A DNA stretch of 62,874 nucleotides, filler included, from Neolecta irregularis DAH-3 (Eukaryota), in assembly GCA_001929475.1 (NCBI GenBank). It is 7 parts of 7 records of this genome, joined end to end, with 100 filler letters (N's around TTAATTAATTAA, not from the genome) between each part and the next. Parts side by side here need not be neighbours in the genome. Positions count along the whole stretch, not along the records: positions 1 to 8,640 come from LXFE01004240.1; positions 8,741 to 28,303 come from LXFE01000595.1; 5 more parts are not named here. One strand, given 5' to 3'. Shown piece by piece: positions 1 to 11,791 of this stretch. Each line of letters starts with the position of its first letter. Within the stretch, counting starts at the first letter, position 1. The position numbers were made by a program, and so were the translations under genes. The notes under the pieces are model-generated. The model worked only from the letters and a program-made list of their open reading frames with translations, was not told the origin of the DNA and made no database searches.

Positions 1-1017
1 TATTACAATTCTTCTGATACCGATCTCCAAAGATCCCGAAGACCAATATCACCGTGCTCACCAATAATACCCCAATCTATTACAACAACTACAACAACTA
101 TCAAACCACTATCGACCTTAAGCTACAACCTGCGTGTGACATACGCAAGCGGATGTGGCATGAATGGCGCAATGTCCAATGTCAGCCACGTACAAGATGA
201 CAAAATGGTGGTCTATGAGACTCGATGTCATATGCAAGTCACATCAAATGCGCTTCATTTGAATTACAGTCATCAACGTTGCTTCATGACCGAATAGCCC
301 TTTTTTAAGCATGTCGCGAGAATTGTGCTTTTTTTCTTTCCTCATCTTTCAATAAATTTGAGACCGCAAAACGCCTCTGACCCCATGAACTCTTTCTGAT
401 TTGTTTCTGATTACCTACTCTGCTTTGGTTGCCCTGTCTCTCCTCAGACTGCTAGATATTTTTCTTTCGAGGCATCTTTCAGATGGTCTAGATAGGTTGA
501 TGAGGTCTATGATGAACACTGCTGTGAGCATTCACTTGTTTAGTGATATACTCGGTAGACTTTAGTTGTAATCGGGTGGCCTAGAACCATTCTGATTCTT
601 GGTAAAATCCATCCTGGTAGGCGGACTAAGCCTTCGTTTATAGTGCATTGTACAATAGCACTTACTGTTGCAGTTTTCCGCTTCTGGATTACCCGTATCC
701 CCTTTTTGGTTTCAGTCATGAAGAAAGTGTTTGTCTCTCTGGTTCTACGGACAACTGCTGGAGCCTTGATTTCCATATATTCGTAAGGTTGTCCGTCAAG
801 ATCTCAAATAATTATTAATCATTGTCTTTTCACTTGTGGCAAGATAACAACAATAATATAATAGAAACCTACCTGGGAGGGACTCCTTTTCTAGGCAAAA
901 GTGGTCTATATGGTGATCTGTGGTACAAGGTGCATGATAGCAATGTATACCCTAATAAATATTTTTAAACCCAAGCGATGCAGCTACAAATCAACCTATT
1001 AAATAACCCCCTGCTTT

Positions 1018-2564
1018 TCAATCGACTTGTTTATGATTAATTGAAATTAAACCCAATTCAACTGCTTTTAAATCCAACTCTTTCGCCAAGTGAGTCATTT
1101 TATCCAATAAGCCTTTAATTTCGGTATTAACAGGCGTAATATTTCTAGTTGGAGTTCCATATTGATATTCGTTAGGATACCCACAATCGTCATCTGGAGT
1201 CCAAGAAGATGGTTCGGCTCCATAATCCCAAGCTTCAAATCGAGCGTAAACATCATCATTAGCCAATTTAAAATCTAATAAAGAATTGTTTATCCAGAGA
1301 GGGTCCCGGGATTCATCGAAGTGCAGGAGCTGAAGGGTACATATGTGCGTGGTGGAGTTTATGCGGTAGCGGCCTATACCACCTGCGTAACCCTCTGTAA
1401 ATTGAAACCGAGTCTCGGACATTCCGTAACCGAGCCAAAATGTCTCCTTGTCCCCTGATATTAAAAATTAAATTAATTCGATTTTGGTACCGTAGAAATG
1501 TGGTGTGGTTACTTGTTCGCGTTGTCTTTTGAGGTTCATGTGACATGTCAATAATAATCCGCTCAAAGTACGCAGTTTATCAATCAAGACAACACCACTG
1601 CAAAATCAGTGGTAGACAGAATGTCGATTTCACACCTTTCCATTTCATGACCTGTTTTACGATCAAAAAACAGCGAATCTTTAATTATCTCGTTATAATA
1701 TTTAGTGTTTTTTAGCCATTTTTTGGCTAATGCGATGGCTTCGTCAGTTGTTCCTGAAAATATTCTATCGTGGAAAAATAAAGTGCCTGTATCTTTATAC
1801 TGCTTATTTTCAAAAATGACTTTTGGGTCTTGTAAGAAAACTCCGTCCGCATCGATAAGTAAAACTTGTCTGAAGGAAGAGACCAGCATTGAAAATGTCT
1901 TTATTGCAAACGAGCCAGGGAGCTCAATGAGATTGTCTGGGTCAACGAGGATCTTTTTCACGTCTACGAATCGAATGTCGTGGCCGGCATTGGCGAGTAG
2001 ATTGCGTTCTTGGACAGTAAGATCGTCGTCTCCGCCATACATTATTTCGATTGGGAGGTCAGTGTTGAGTATAGTGCGCAGTGAGTAGACTAGATGCAAG
2101 CATAAACGGAATTGTTGCCTTCCCGAAGTAATAACGATTCCTCTTTCGCGGGTAAAGGTGGACTCTAGGAAATCCATAAAGCTATTGGAGGATCCCGCGG
2201 TAAGCCATGGGTAGAGAATGCTTCCGATATTGGAGATTGTTTGTTTTAAAGAGTCGTCTGAGGAGAGGTCATTTCTCTGGAGGTGCATGTTCCACAGGGC
2301 TGTGAATTTCTGAGCATATGGTTTTATTTCGCTTAAGTCCAACGTATTTTGATCATAATGTCGGCGAACGTCGTCTTCGAGGATGTGCAGCAATTCCTGA
2401 GTGAGAAGCCTATCTGATCTTTGCACGGACGAAAATAGGTTTATATCTGCGGGCGAGGAGTGGAAGTTTCTGGAAAGAGTAAGGTTGAAAGAAACAAGGC
2501 AAAGGAATGTGAGACAAGCGATGATGGCTATCCTCCAGGGTCTTCCGAGAGCGTAGAAGCGCAT
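1018..2564 (-). CDS. Alpha-1,3-mannosyltransferase, GT71 (MNN1/MNT family), type II membrane protein, 3 exons
   Basis: N-terminal TM (MRFYALGRPWRIAIIACLTFLCLVSF), then GIVITSG, LPIEIMYGGDDDL, AIKTFSMLVSSFRQVLLIDAD, TGTLFFHDR, HEME|SGVVLIDK and YG|DKETFWL. Two GT-AG introns join ORFs 1584..2762 and 1018..1422. Confidence 0.9.
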
Positions 2565-3125
2565 TATGTGGGACGAGTCAAGGATGTATTGAAGGGAGTC
2601 TGGACTGCCGGAATGGGGCAGGCAGGATAGGCATGAGGCTGCTGCCGCCGGACAGGCACGCGACTGCCGAGGGGAGCGCCACTTGCAGCGGCCAGCATTT
2701 CTGGCAGGAGTATTTTTGCAGCCCCGAAGGCAAAGCAGCAATTCTGACCAGCCGTGCAACATTTCTGACCGGTCGCACGGGAATGCGGAGCAGTCTCAAG
2801 GTCAAGACAAATCTACAAGCACAAGAGGGAGGGAGCGTGGTGACTGGAGGTGGAGGAGATGTGGGATCAGAGCAGGCAGGGAGAAGGGCCGAGGGGATGC
2901 GCGACGGGGGAATGTTGCCGCAGGAACGCTCGGACGGCGTATGTCCCGAATCCGCAAGGGCGCTTGCGGGGACGGACTATGCGGGGGAGGTTGCGCAGGA
3001 CAAGCGCGTGCTGAAAACGTGGATGCTGCCAAACTCCGGGCGACGCAGTGCGGCTGTGCGAGTGCTATTGTCCAGTGGCTGCAATGCTAAATTGGCTGGT
3101 CGACATAGATTCAGACGTCCATGTT

Positions 3126-3439
3126 CTATTTTCGTCTCTCCAGAATCCCCTCCTCTTCCAGCTCTTTCCTCGCCTCCTCCAATGCCCACGTCTGGATTCT
3201 ACCCGTCAGCCTTGTTTTGGAAAATCATACCTCGTATCAGGACGGTACATGGCGATAACCGTCCCCAAAACGAGACCCCCCATCATCCCCCACTTCCACA
3301 TAAACTCCCATCCCTCAGGCTCGTATTTCTTTCCAGGCGCGACATTCCACAGATTCCCCGTAGGCGGCTCGTATTTCGTTGACCCGTGCCGGATAAATAT
3401 TCGAGAAAAAAAGATACCGTGTGGTAAACGAGGTGGCAT
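3126..3439 (-). CDS. NADH:ubiquinone oxidoreductase ESSS subunit (NDUFB11-like), 2 exons
   Basis: YEPPTGNLWNVAPGKKYEPEGWE, a TM segment, then YRPDTR|IQTWALEEARKEL; 32-nt GT-AG intron at 3199-3230. Confidence 0.88.
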
Positions 3440-3610
3440 GTAGAATATGGCCATCGCGATACCTATGTATATTGGATGATTATTCTATATTGAATGAACG
3501 CGGATATCATCCTTTATTTTGATAAATACAAATCTTGTATAAATACACTCACAAATCCTTTATCGATAGAAGTCTTTAATTGACAGTAGTCTTTAGTTGA
3601 TAGAAATCTT

Positions 3611-3882
3611 CTAATTGATAGTAATCTTTCGAACTCCTTTTCCTTCAGCAGTCGGAATATCCAACTGCAAAATCCCATCAACAAATTTGGCCTCAATTTT
3701 ATCGGCGTCAGTGGGGGACGATAGCGTTAGGGTTTGAGAAAAAGAGCCATATTGTCGATCACTGTACATTCGTACTTTTTGTTCTTTTTTCTCTTCTTTG
3801 AATTCACCGCTGATTGTAAGAGAATCGTTGTGGTCGATGCGGATATCTTCTTTCTTGATTCCAGGAAACTCAATGTTGTGCT
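3611..3882 (-). CDS. Small heat-shock protein (HSP20/alpha-crystallin domain), 3' exon; 5' exon not found, possibly a relic
   Basis: Manual translation, absent from the ORF track: HNIEFPGIKKEDIRIDHNDSLTISGEFKEEKKEQKVRMYSDRQYGSFSQTLTLSSPTDADKIEAKFVDGILQLDIPTAEGKGVRKITIN*. Preceded by a CTGACCTAG branch point/acceptor. Confidence 0.85.
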
Positions 3883-4308
3883 CTAGGTCAGGCAGGTGTC
3901 AGGGGCTTAGCCTAGTGTTTATTTGGGGTAGGGTTAGGCGTGACCAATCCAATCCGTTAATGAAACTGACATAAAGAATGGATAAGCTAGATTATCCACC
4001 ATCATGAACCCCGAAATTACGGATTTAAAGCTGTGGGTTGTGGTCACCTGTTTATTTGAACGACAACGAGGTCGATGTACCCTCGATTAGGAAATCTCGT
4101 TCACGTAGATTTCGACGCTGATCCGCTCATGCTTGTTTAAATAGAGAAACGCTAAACAGGAATGGGTGAGATGTAATAAGCAACCCCCCGGTTAGCAAGC
4201 GCGGCTTTCGTAACCCCTTGTTCCATTCATAAAGGCACGTCACGCACGCTGTAATACGGATCAAACCGATCCTATCCCGTCACCTTTCTTGCCTTCGAGC
4301 AGCTGATT

Positions 4309-4605
4309 GTGATGATGGTCGGTGGGTCCAGATATTCCCCTCGAACAATCGTGGCGGTCTCGATGATCATGTTCACCCTTCTCAATTTTCTCGTCTTATT
4401 AATCGTCGGACGCACCCTTGGTGATCAAAGATCATTAAGCATTTGGGTTTTTATTTCCTTTGGGTTGCTGTTTGGTGGATTCGGAACAGGTTGTTGTATT
4501 CTTGGCTATCAAAGGACAATTCACACTGATCATGATTCTGAGAGATTGGGAAGTGCAAGTGAACAGACAGAGACATCTATTGCATCGTCGACGGTATGTC
4601 CATGA
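4309..4605 (+). CDS. Possible small protein with 2 TM segments
   Basis: Two hydrophobic stretches; no recognisable family. Confidence 0.25.
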   Translation: MMMVGGSRYSPRTIVAVSMIMFTLLNFLVLLIVGRTLGDQRSLSIWVFISFGLLFGGFGTGCCILGYQRTIHTDHDSERLGSASEQTETSIASSTVCP

Positions 4606-5379
4606 GGATTACTGTCTTTTGAAAATTTAGACAGCTGTAGAGAAAGTCGAGGAGACTCTTGATTCAACTGTATATTACCCTGCCCATTTTCTTATATCAA
4701 CATTTGATCTCTTAGATGGCCACCGAGAAATTCTTTCACGGCGGGGGGCTCCCACCAATTATTGAATCCGATGTACATTCTCCTCGTGGCCTTTTTAAGG
4801 TATAGGCTGATGTAGAGGAAAGTCAAAATCTCGGCCTCCCTATACTGTACGTTTTCCCAATTTAACAAACTTGATGTATAGGCAGACATAAAGGTCGAAT
4901 GGGAGGTTTCGGCGAAAATAATCCCAGCATTGTTTCTTGGATTAGATACAGTCAGAGTAGGACTAGCATTACGGCATTACAGGAAAGGACGTTTATTTTT
5001 AACCATAAAAAGGACACTTGGGACCCGGGAGCTACAAATTGTCTATTAGAGAAATATTTTTTTCCCTCATATCCAGTCAATATTAAAGAATTCACTTTCT
5101 CCAGAAGACTATTCACCACAAGGAATAGCTCCTACGGCCTGGTTTTCCATTGCGATGTGACTCGTTCTAGCATGATTTGCGACGCAAGGTATATAATTCG
5201 TAATAACTTCCTCACGACCACCAATTTCAAGGGATTTCCACAATAATCGTTTACAAGTGATGCCGAACAACATCACTGGATGGTGACCTGTCTAGAAAAG
5301 GCAGGTTTATCACAAGAATTTTGCATGGCCCAATTCTAGAAATAGGATTTCGGTCTCTTTTAGACAGACTTGCTTGAAT

Positions 5380-6120
5380 AGGCTTGATAGTTTAAGACTT
5401 TTAATGAGACAGACCTGCCGATCGAAATAATGTATGGCGGAGACTATGATCTTACTGAACAGGAACGCGAGTTACTTGCGGATGCCGGCCCCGATATTCG
5501 ATTCGCAGATGTGAAAGAGATACTCGTTGACCCAGACAACGTCATTGATCTTCCTGGAGGGTTTGCGATAAAGCTACTTTCAGTGTTAGTCTCTTCGTTC
5601 AAGTTTTGCTCATCGATGCCGACGGAATATTTCAGCAAAACCCAGCAGTCGTTTTGAAGACCAGGGATATAAAGATACCGGAACCCTATTTTGTCATGAT
5701 AGAGTATTTTTAAACCCTTCTTACGAGGCTGTCAAACTGGCCAAGTCATGGTTAGAAAATACCAAATATTTCGACGATATAACTAAAGATTCGCACTATT
5801 TTCCAAGTAAACCGGGCCATGACATGGAAAGGCACGAATACAATCCACGGGTCCAACTGATAATTAGCAGAGGTGAAATTAGTCGTAATTGAGAAAATGC
5901 GTACGTTAAGCGGTTTACTATTGACATGTCACATGATCCTGAAAAGACAGCCTGGAGAATACGGCAGGCATATTTTTGGTCCGTGAATATAGTATGTTAA
6001 ATTTCCTAATTTCAAGGCAATAAAGAGTCATTTTGGCTTGGTTATGGTATTTCAGAGATTCAGTTTCGCTAGGTAAGAGGTTACGCAGGTGCTATCGGCC
6101 TCTTCAGCATACTCGAATCC
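5380..6120 (+). pseudogene. Degenerate GT71 mannosyltransferase paralogue of 1018-2564
   Basis: TDLPIEIMYGGDYDL...GFAIKLLSVLVSSF, frameshift, VLLIDADG, frameshift, KDTGTLFCHDR...GHDMER...GNKESFWLG...FR*VRGYAGAIG. Same intron positions as the intact copy, no N-terminus. Confidence 0.85.
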
Positions 6121-6159
6121 GGAAAATACCCCAATTATCTTCACCTTGGATACAGATAT

Positions 6160-6356
6160 TGTAAGTGTTGGAGCTCGAGTACAATAAGATCAGGTTATAT
6201 TTCCTTAATCTAAGTTTGTAGGCGTGTGAGCTTAGACTAAGACATGTGAGCGCAGCCTTTATATACATTTCTATCTAATGTCCCTTATATTTTTTATCCG
6301 CCACCTACTGTGTTGGTATGGGTATATCCCGGGTAATATCCGGGTATACCCTTACA
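6160..6356. mobile_element. Solo LTR-like element, 197 bp
   Basis: Ends TGTAAG...CTTACA; 5-bp TSD GATAT at 6155-6159 and 6357-6361; right half similar to 62425-62525. Confidence 0.8.
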
Positions 6357-6730
6357 GATATCAAAGGGCAAACTGAACAGGTCAATTGTATATGATAGCA
6401 ACTCCTCAATTATAGCAGCAACAATAAATGCAGAAAATATACCCAATGTAGGTTGTGCTCCGAACACTCGACAAACATTACTTTGTCTCCAATAATCTGA
6501 TTTCATGAACTTTGACAAGATGAATATCTCGCGATGGTTTTACCGCTCAAAAGATAGGTTGTCCACATTATCGCATATGGTATCGAAAGTTCTCCTTGCT
6601 GCATTCCTCCGCTACTATAAAGCCACACCCAATTGAACACGGCTACCGTTATTCATTCAATTACAAGAGGAATCTCTAACACTCCATAATCAAATTAGCC
6701 TATTTTAGTCTCCATTCTTTTAAGCACTTT

Positions 6731-7786
6731 ATGGATTTCGAGCGTTCGTGGATATCTCGGGGAGAAAATGTTAGCGATGAATTGAAGGATCCGGTCACAG
6801 GCAAACCATCATTAGAACCCGTTGTTCATAGACGCCAGCCCCGAAACAGACTTCGCCGATACGTATCGGCTTCATGGCCCATGTTTGTTATTCCAACAAT
6901 TATTTGGGTCTTATACAGGTATATAAGAACGTAACCTTTTTCACTGAGACGAAGATTGAGTGGCCCTTCTGCTTCGAACCGGGAGTTTGCACGAATTCCT
7001 TACAATGATTCAACCTTGGGTTTCGACAAAATCTTTGTAATCACTGCGATGCCCGAGCGAACCCGGTTTATCAATAAAATCCTCTCATATCATCATCTCG
7101 AATATACATTTTTTCCTGCCTTTTCCAAACACAGCGCCGAAGTTAACAAGACGATGGAAGTCTGGTTTCCCGGTCAGTCAGACGACCTATCGTTGCGAGG
7201 AAAAGCCGCATGCTGGCTGTCCCACCGTACTCTGTGGCATGAGGCCCTATACCTCAATCTCGATAATGTATTAATCCTCGAAGATGACATTGATATTCTT
7301 CTCGATATCAAACCCCGAGTCAAACGTGCATGGATGCAACTTCCTGGCACATGGGAATACTTCTTTCTTGGAGCTTGTTTCGAGCTATTTCAAAATCCGC
7401 ATGTGGTAGAATTTGATGGCATGAATCCATTTGTTACTAGGGTTCCGATCATTCAAAAATTGTCGTATGCGGCCTGTATGCATTCATATGGAATCAAGGC
7501 CTCTCTTTTGCCCCTAATTATAGCAATGACTCAAGCACCTCCCATTGGAGGAGTTGATCTTGATGCCATGGCTGAACCAATCAGAGAAGGGGATATAGAG
7601 GCTTATACAATTTGGCCATATGCAATGGTTCAAAGGCCGCAATCAAAACTGCATAATACTGTGATTGGCTCGGATGGACAATATAATGGGCCGGATCAAT
7701 TTGTAGAGGAAGATTGGAGAGTTGAAGATGTATTCCTACCAGGAGTCGGGACAGCAGAAAAAATTGGTGTCGCATATTGGTTGTAA
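6731..7786 (+). CDS. Glycosyltransferase family 25, type II membrane protein, 2 exons
   Basis: STLGFDKIFVI, ACWLSHRTLW and VLILEDDI motifs; TM in exon 1; GT-AG intron 6920-6955. Confidence 0.85.
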
Positions 7787-8640
7787 ATTTCCACAGCTCT
7801 GCTTCTTGTAAGCGTTGTGTATTTTTTAAAGGCTCTGTGCTGGAAGTCCGTTTCATTTGATCTAATCTGCTTTCGATACAATAATTCGCTATTCTATATG
7901 CTGTCGCTTTGTCTTAAACCGGGCCTTTGGCTCATAGGTGTTAATACCACAAAAGATCTTTTTAGGTCACAAACTACCCAACCTTCCTCCCCCTCCCTTC
8001 GTCATCCTACACCATTCTGGTGGGCCTAGAAATATACTGGTGTACCCCTTTCCTTTTCCTTTCTGTTTGTTTATCTCTGTTTCCAGGGTGGCTGGTGAAC
8101 TGCTGTGCAGCCTTCTGCCTCTCCTGGGTTTGTATCTCTGTTGTTTTCCGTTTCCGTTACCTCTCCTTCCTCTTTGTACTCTTTCTGTTTGATACCAGTC
8201 TGCTGCTGGCGGCTATTAAAAGGGCTGGTCTTCTGTATTGTTAGCTAGCCAATTGTATTAACTTATTTCCGTTTCTAAGTCTTGATGACCCAAGAGACTG
8301 AAATCCCATACAACCGCGCTCAACAATCAACAATCTATAATCCTATAAATGCTCCCAACATCTAGCTATACTCTACTTGCTTCAGGCTCAACAACTTATG
8401 CTTGCCGTCCGTCCGATACACACATCTGCCACCACCCAAATTGGTTGTCACATGTTAGGCCCGGCCCATGGGCCAGTCCATGAAAAAGCCTGTCGCGCAG
8501 ATTCCGGTTGTAGAGGTTTTCAGGGGAATTCTGATATATATCAGAACTGATTCTTAGAGGAGATGAAGGGAAATCGTTTCATCGATTCTTTGCGTGGATG
8601 GATAGAGCATTATCCAACGCCTTACAAAAAGGCAGCTACA

Positions 8641-8740
8641 NNNNNNNNNNNNNNNNNNNNNNNNNNNNNNNNNNNNNNNNNNNNTTAATTAATTAANNNN
8701 NNNNNNNNNNNNNNNNNNNNNNNNNNNNNNNNNNNNNNNN
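8641..8740. other. Artificial contig spacer
   Basis: N-run + TTAATTAATTAA (stops in all six frames) + N-run. Confidence 0.97.
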
Positions 8741-8766
8741 CAGCAGCAGCAGCAGCAGCAGCAGCA
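8741..8766 (+). repeat. (CAG)n microsatellite at contig edge
   Basis: Direct read. Confidence 0.9.
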
Positions 8767-8891
8767 CGATCCGCAGTCGCAGTAGCCGAGCGGGCAGGTA
8801 CATAATGCTTGTTGTCATCTGTATTGTATCGTTATGTCTTGATGAGATCTGCCCAGAGCACTCCCAGCCTGCCGCCTCTCCCCCGATCACC

Positions 8892-9775
8892 ATGCTGCGT
8901 GGTTTTGTCGTGCTCGCCGGTGCGCCCTCTAAACAATCGCTGCTTGAACACTGGCCAGCGCACGTTGAATCCCAAACTGCCGCCGCCGCTGCTCCGAAAT
9001 GGAGAATCCTCAGCCCCTTTGCCCAGTGGCCGCTCTTGAGTGCTCCAGAGACATCCTGCTCCGAAATCGACCTCTTTTTCGAAAAATCATATGCTGTGCA
9101 TCATTTAAATGCATCCAATGACCCGTGTCCAACCATGGATTCCACCGGACGGTACGCCTATGCCGCCCCTAATCCCCTGCTTGAATTCGACATCAGAGCA
9201 ATCACAGAGCTGGAGGACCTTCCACACATCCACGTGGTCGATAACTGGACCCACCGCAGATTATACTCGCTTATCGTCGCTATACTGGATATCACCGTAA
9301 AAGTTGTTTCCACAAAATTCAATCCTGAAACACAGCTATTGACACTACTCGTTGGTGATCCTACACAGTCTCTCTTCGAAGTTGCTTGTTGGCAATGCAA
9401 CTGGTCTGACAATCTCCGCCGGCAAGATGTGATTTTGCTCGAAAGCATGCTGTTCACCTTGCTTCTATTAACATGCTAGAATTACAACTAGGTACATTCA
9501 AAGGCAAGGTGACCGCCAGTACAAGAAGAAACATATCTACTTGCAACATTCTATATCGAACAAGGAAAATCACCCGCCAAGACGATGTATTGCGTCCTGA
9601 TCTCGAAAAGGACGATCAACAGTCCAAAAAAGTCAAAAGCGTACGCGATTGGATTTGTGAGTATATCGGGAATGGCTTATATAGAGAAACTCTACTTCCA
9701 GCAGAAACGCAGAAAAGTCTTTATGAAGAAACCCTAGCTAGTTTCCATAAAGAAAAGATAAAAGAATCTTGTTAG
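8892..9775 (+). CDS. OB-fold nucleic-acid-binding protein (fungal family, possibly SHLD2-OB-like), 2 exons
   Basis: N-terminal VVLAGAP, FFEKSYAVH, SLIVAILDI...LLVGDPTQSLFEVACW...LRRQDVILLE|KLQLGTFKGKV; GC-AG intron 9445-9479. Confidence 0.6.
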
Positions 9776-9782
9776 TCATCCG

Positions 9783-9862
9783 TTTGAGATAGGACAATCT
9801 ATCTCAATCAACCGATCCTGCTAGCCATCCTTTGAGATAGGACAATCTATCTCAATCAACCG
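9783..9862. repeat. Two 32-bp direct repeats, each containing a 9-bp hairpin
   Basis: TTTGAGATAGGACAATCTATCTCAATCAACCG at 9783-9814 and 9831-9862. Confidence 0.9.
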
Positions 9863-11712
9863 TAATCTGCGTCTCCAAAATTCCAAAATTTTCAAAAAAA
9901 CCCTTGAACAGTTTAACAGCCAATTCGATATCTCGTGAGCCTAAAAATATAAGCAAAAGAAAAGTAAAGGGTTATACCGCCAGTCTCTCGAATTGAATGC
10001 ATACTTAATTGAGGATTTCCAATATCTAATGTGCGCATGCCCATTTTGGCGGATAACATGGGTCCGATAGTACTTCCGGACGGTGAATCGTTTTTCGCGA
10101 CAAATACTAGAGTAATAAGCCCGTGATGAAGATATCAGTACGCTGGAGAGGAACTTGCACTTTTTTACACACTTGTTGCTTGAAATGTCAGCAACCGATT
10201 TGAACTAGAAATAATTACGACAAGAACTATCCCAGGTGCATTTGTAGCATATCGGGCATTTGCATTGATTTTAATTACTGGTCCTTTATTCAATTGGGGT
10301 TTATGACTTGATTCCTGAAATATCAAATAAATTATGATAACAAGACGGACATGTTTAGATGCATAATTTGGATGAACGGCGTGTGCCTGATCAGCCGAAA
10401 TCAAAAAGCTTTTTCGCAAGGTCTCTTCAAAAGCAGTTGAAGAAGGCTGATCTTGTCCGAGTTTAATAGTAGACAAACGCCTTATACTTTATATTTAGTC
10501 AGGTAAGAAATAGGGTTGTATACATTGACGGGAGAAAGTCGGAATTGGCTCCTTGAGCAGTCGTGCTTCCTATTTCTTCGTCGTCAAAGAGACATGCAAG
10601 ACGAATTGTTTCGTCGTTGGGAGAATCATCAGATTCAACTAGACCTCGCGTTGCACAAAAACTGCTGACCTTGATGTGAGAATAGTCGAGGGTGTATAAT
10701 ACAAGGTTATCCTGTCGTGCTGCAAATACGAATTCATCGTAGAGTCCTCCTAAACAAGCAGGTTGAGTATCATACAACAGTAACTCAAAATCGTGAATAT
10801 CGTGGGCTTGTCAGTTAGTATATGCCGTACAGCCCTCAACCTTTTACTCCAAGATTAGAAGCAAGCAGCTTGATAAAATCGCTATCATGGCGATCAGATA
10901 AACACGTTGATAACTGCTCCAATTTATCAGCCGTTTCTTCTTTCGGTTTCCCGTTGAGTGTTTCTTGAACAAGACCCAAGATCGGCGTAAGATGAGTTTC
11001 TGTGTTGAATTCAAATTTGGCGTTGACATCGCGATCCAAGTGGATTGCGATCGTTGGAATTCGCAAGACTAGTAAATTAGAAAACGAACAAAAAAGAAGT
11101 GTTACGAGGTTTATCAATCTTGATGAGTTCATGCTTAAAAGTATCTCCGGATTGAACCATAACTCGTCCAGCTATACTAAGATCTCTATCGAACCATGAA
11201 TGCCTAAACTTGAATAGCATCCTTGGTTTCTGCCATACCATATGCCGCCACCGTATGTTTCAACGCCTACTTGAAGGTAATTCTCAGATATCTTTTTCGA
11301 TACCGGTTTCAGTCTGCACGTCAACTCGGTCACCATGAAATAGAAACCTGAGAGCAGGAGAATCGGTATGAGCTCCAACTATACTCATTGCATTCCCAGG
11401 CTTCCAATTATTACCTGTTAGGTTAATTTGGATTTACAGGATACATGCCCACTGTGAAAGCAATTAGACTTGATCCGTTACGCTTGACATAATATTTCCC
11501 TCCCGTTTCGATTTTCCCAGCCCATGCATCCCGTTCTTTAAGCCCGGTATAGCCTTTCAACATTGCTTTAGCGTTCGCCACAGCATGATATGGAGTCGGC
11601 GAGGCATTAACATAAGCACTAATTCAATTATCAAATTTGATTTTATACTGCATAATTACAGAAAGTCGGTTGCGTATGATCGAGCGCTTTCAGATAAAAA
11701 AGTACAAGACAT
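9852..11712 (-). CDS. APE4: Aspartyl aminopeptidase (peptidase M18), about 13 exons
   Basis: [82 protein letters not shown] and QLSMHSIRE. Confidence 0.95.
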
Positions 11713-11791
11713 TCCGTGTGTGGTAGATCTAGGAGAAATTGCGGTAAGAATAAAAAATAACGACGTCAAAAGAAACAGTAAATCGATAAAT

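Noticed and set aside
1-1000. Open frames at 1-297 (+) and 540-776 (-)
   Set aside because: No motif or intron support that I can recognise.
2578-3120. GC-rich overlapping ORFs (2633..3382 +, 2683..3090 +, 2802..3032 -)
   Set aside because: No recognisable domain; GC richness explains the open frames, and the longest overlaps NDUFB11 in antisense. Left unannotated.
7807-8626. Another TGTAAG...CTTACA pair
   Set aside because: No TSD and no similarity to the LTR family; probably chance.
9783-9862. CRISPR-like palindromic direct repeat
   Set aside because: Only two copies with a 16-bp spacer, eukaryotic context, no cas genes, and it overlaps a stop codon.
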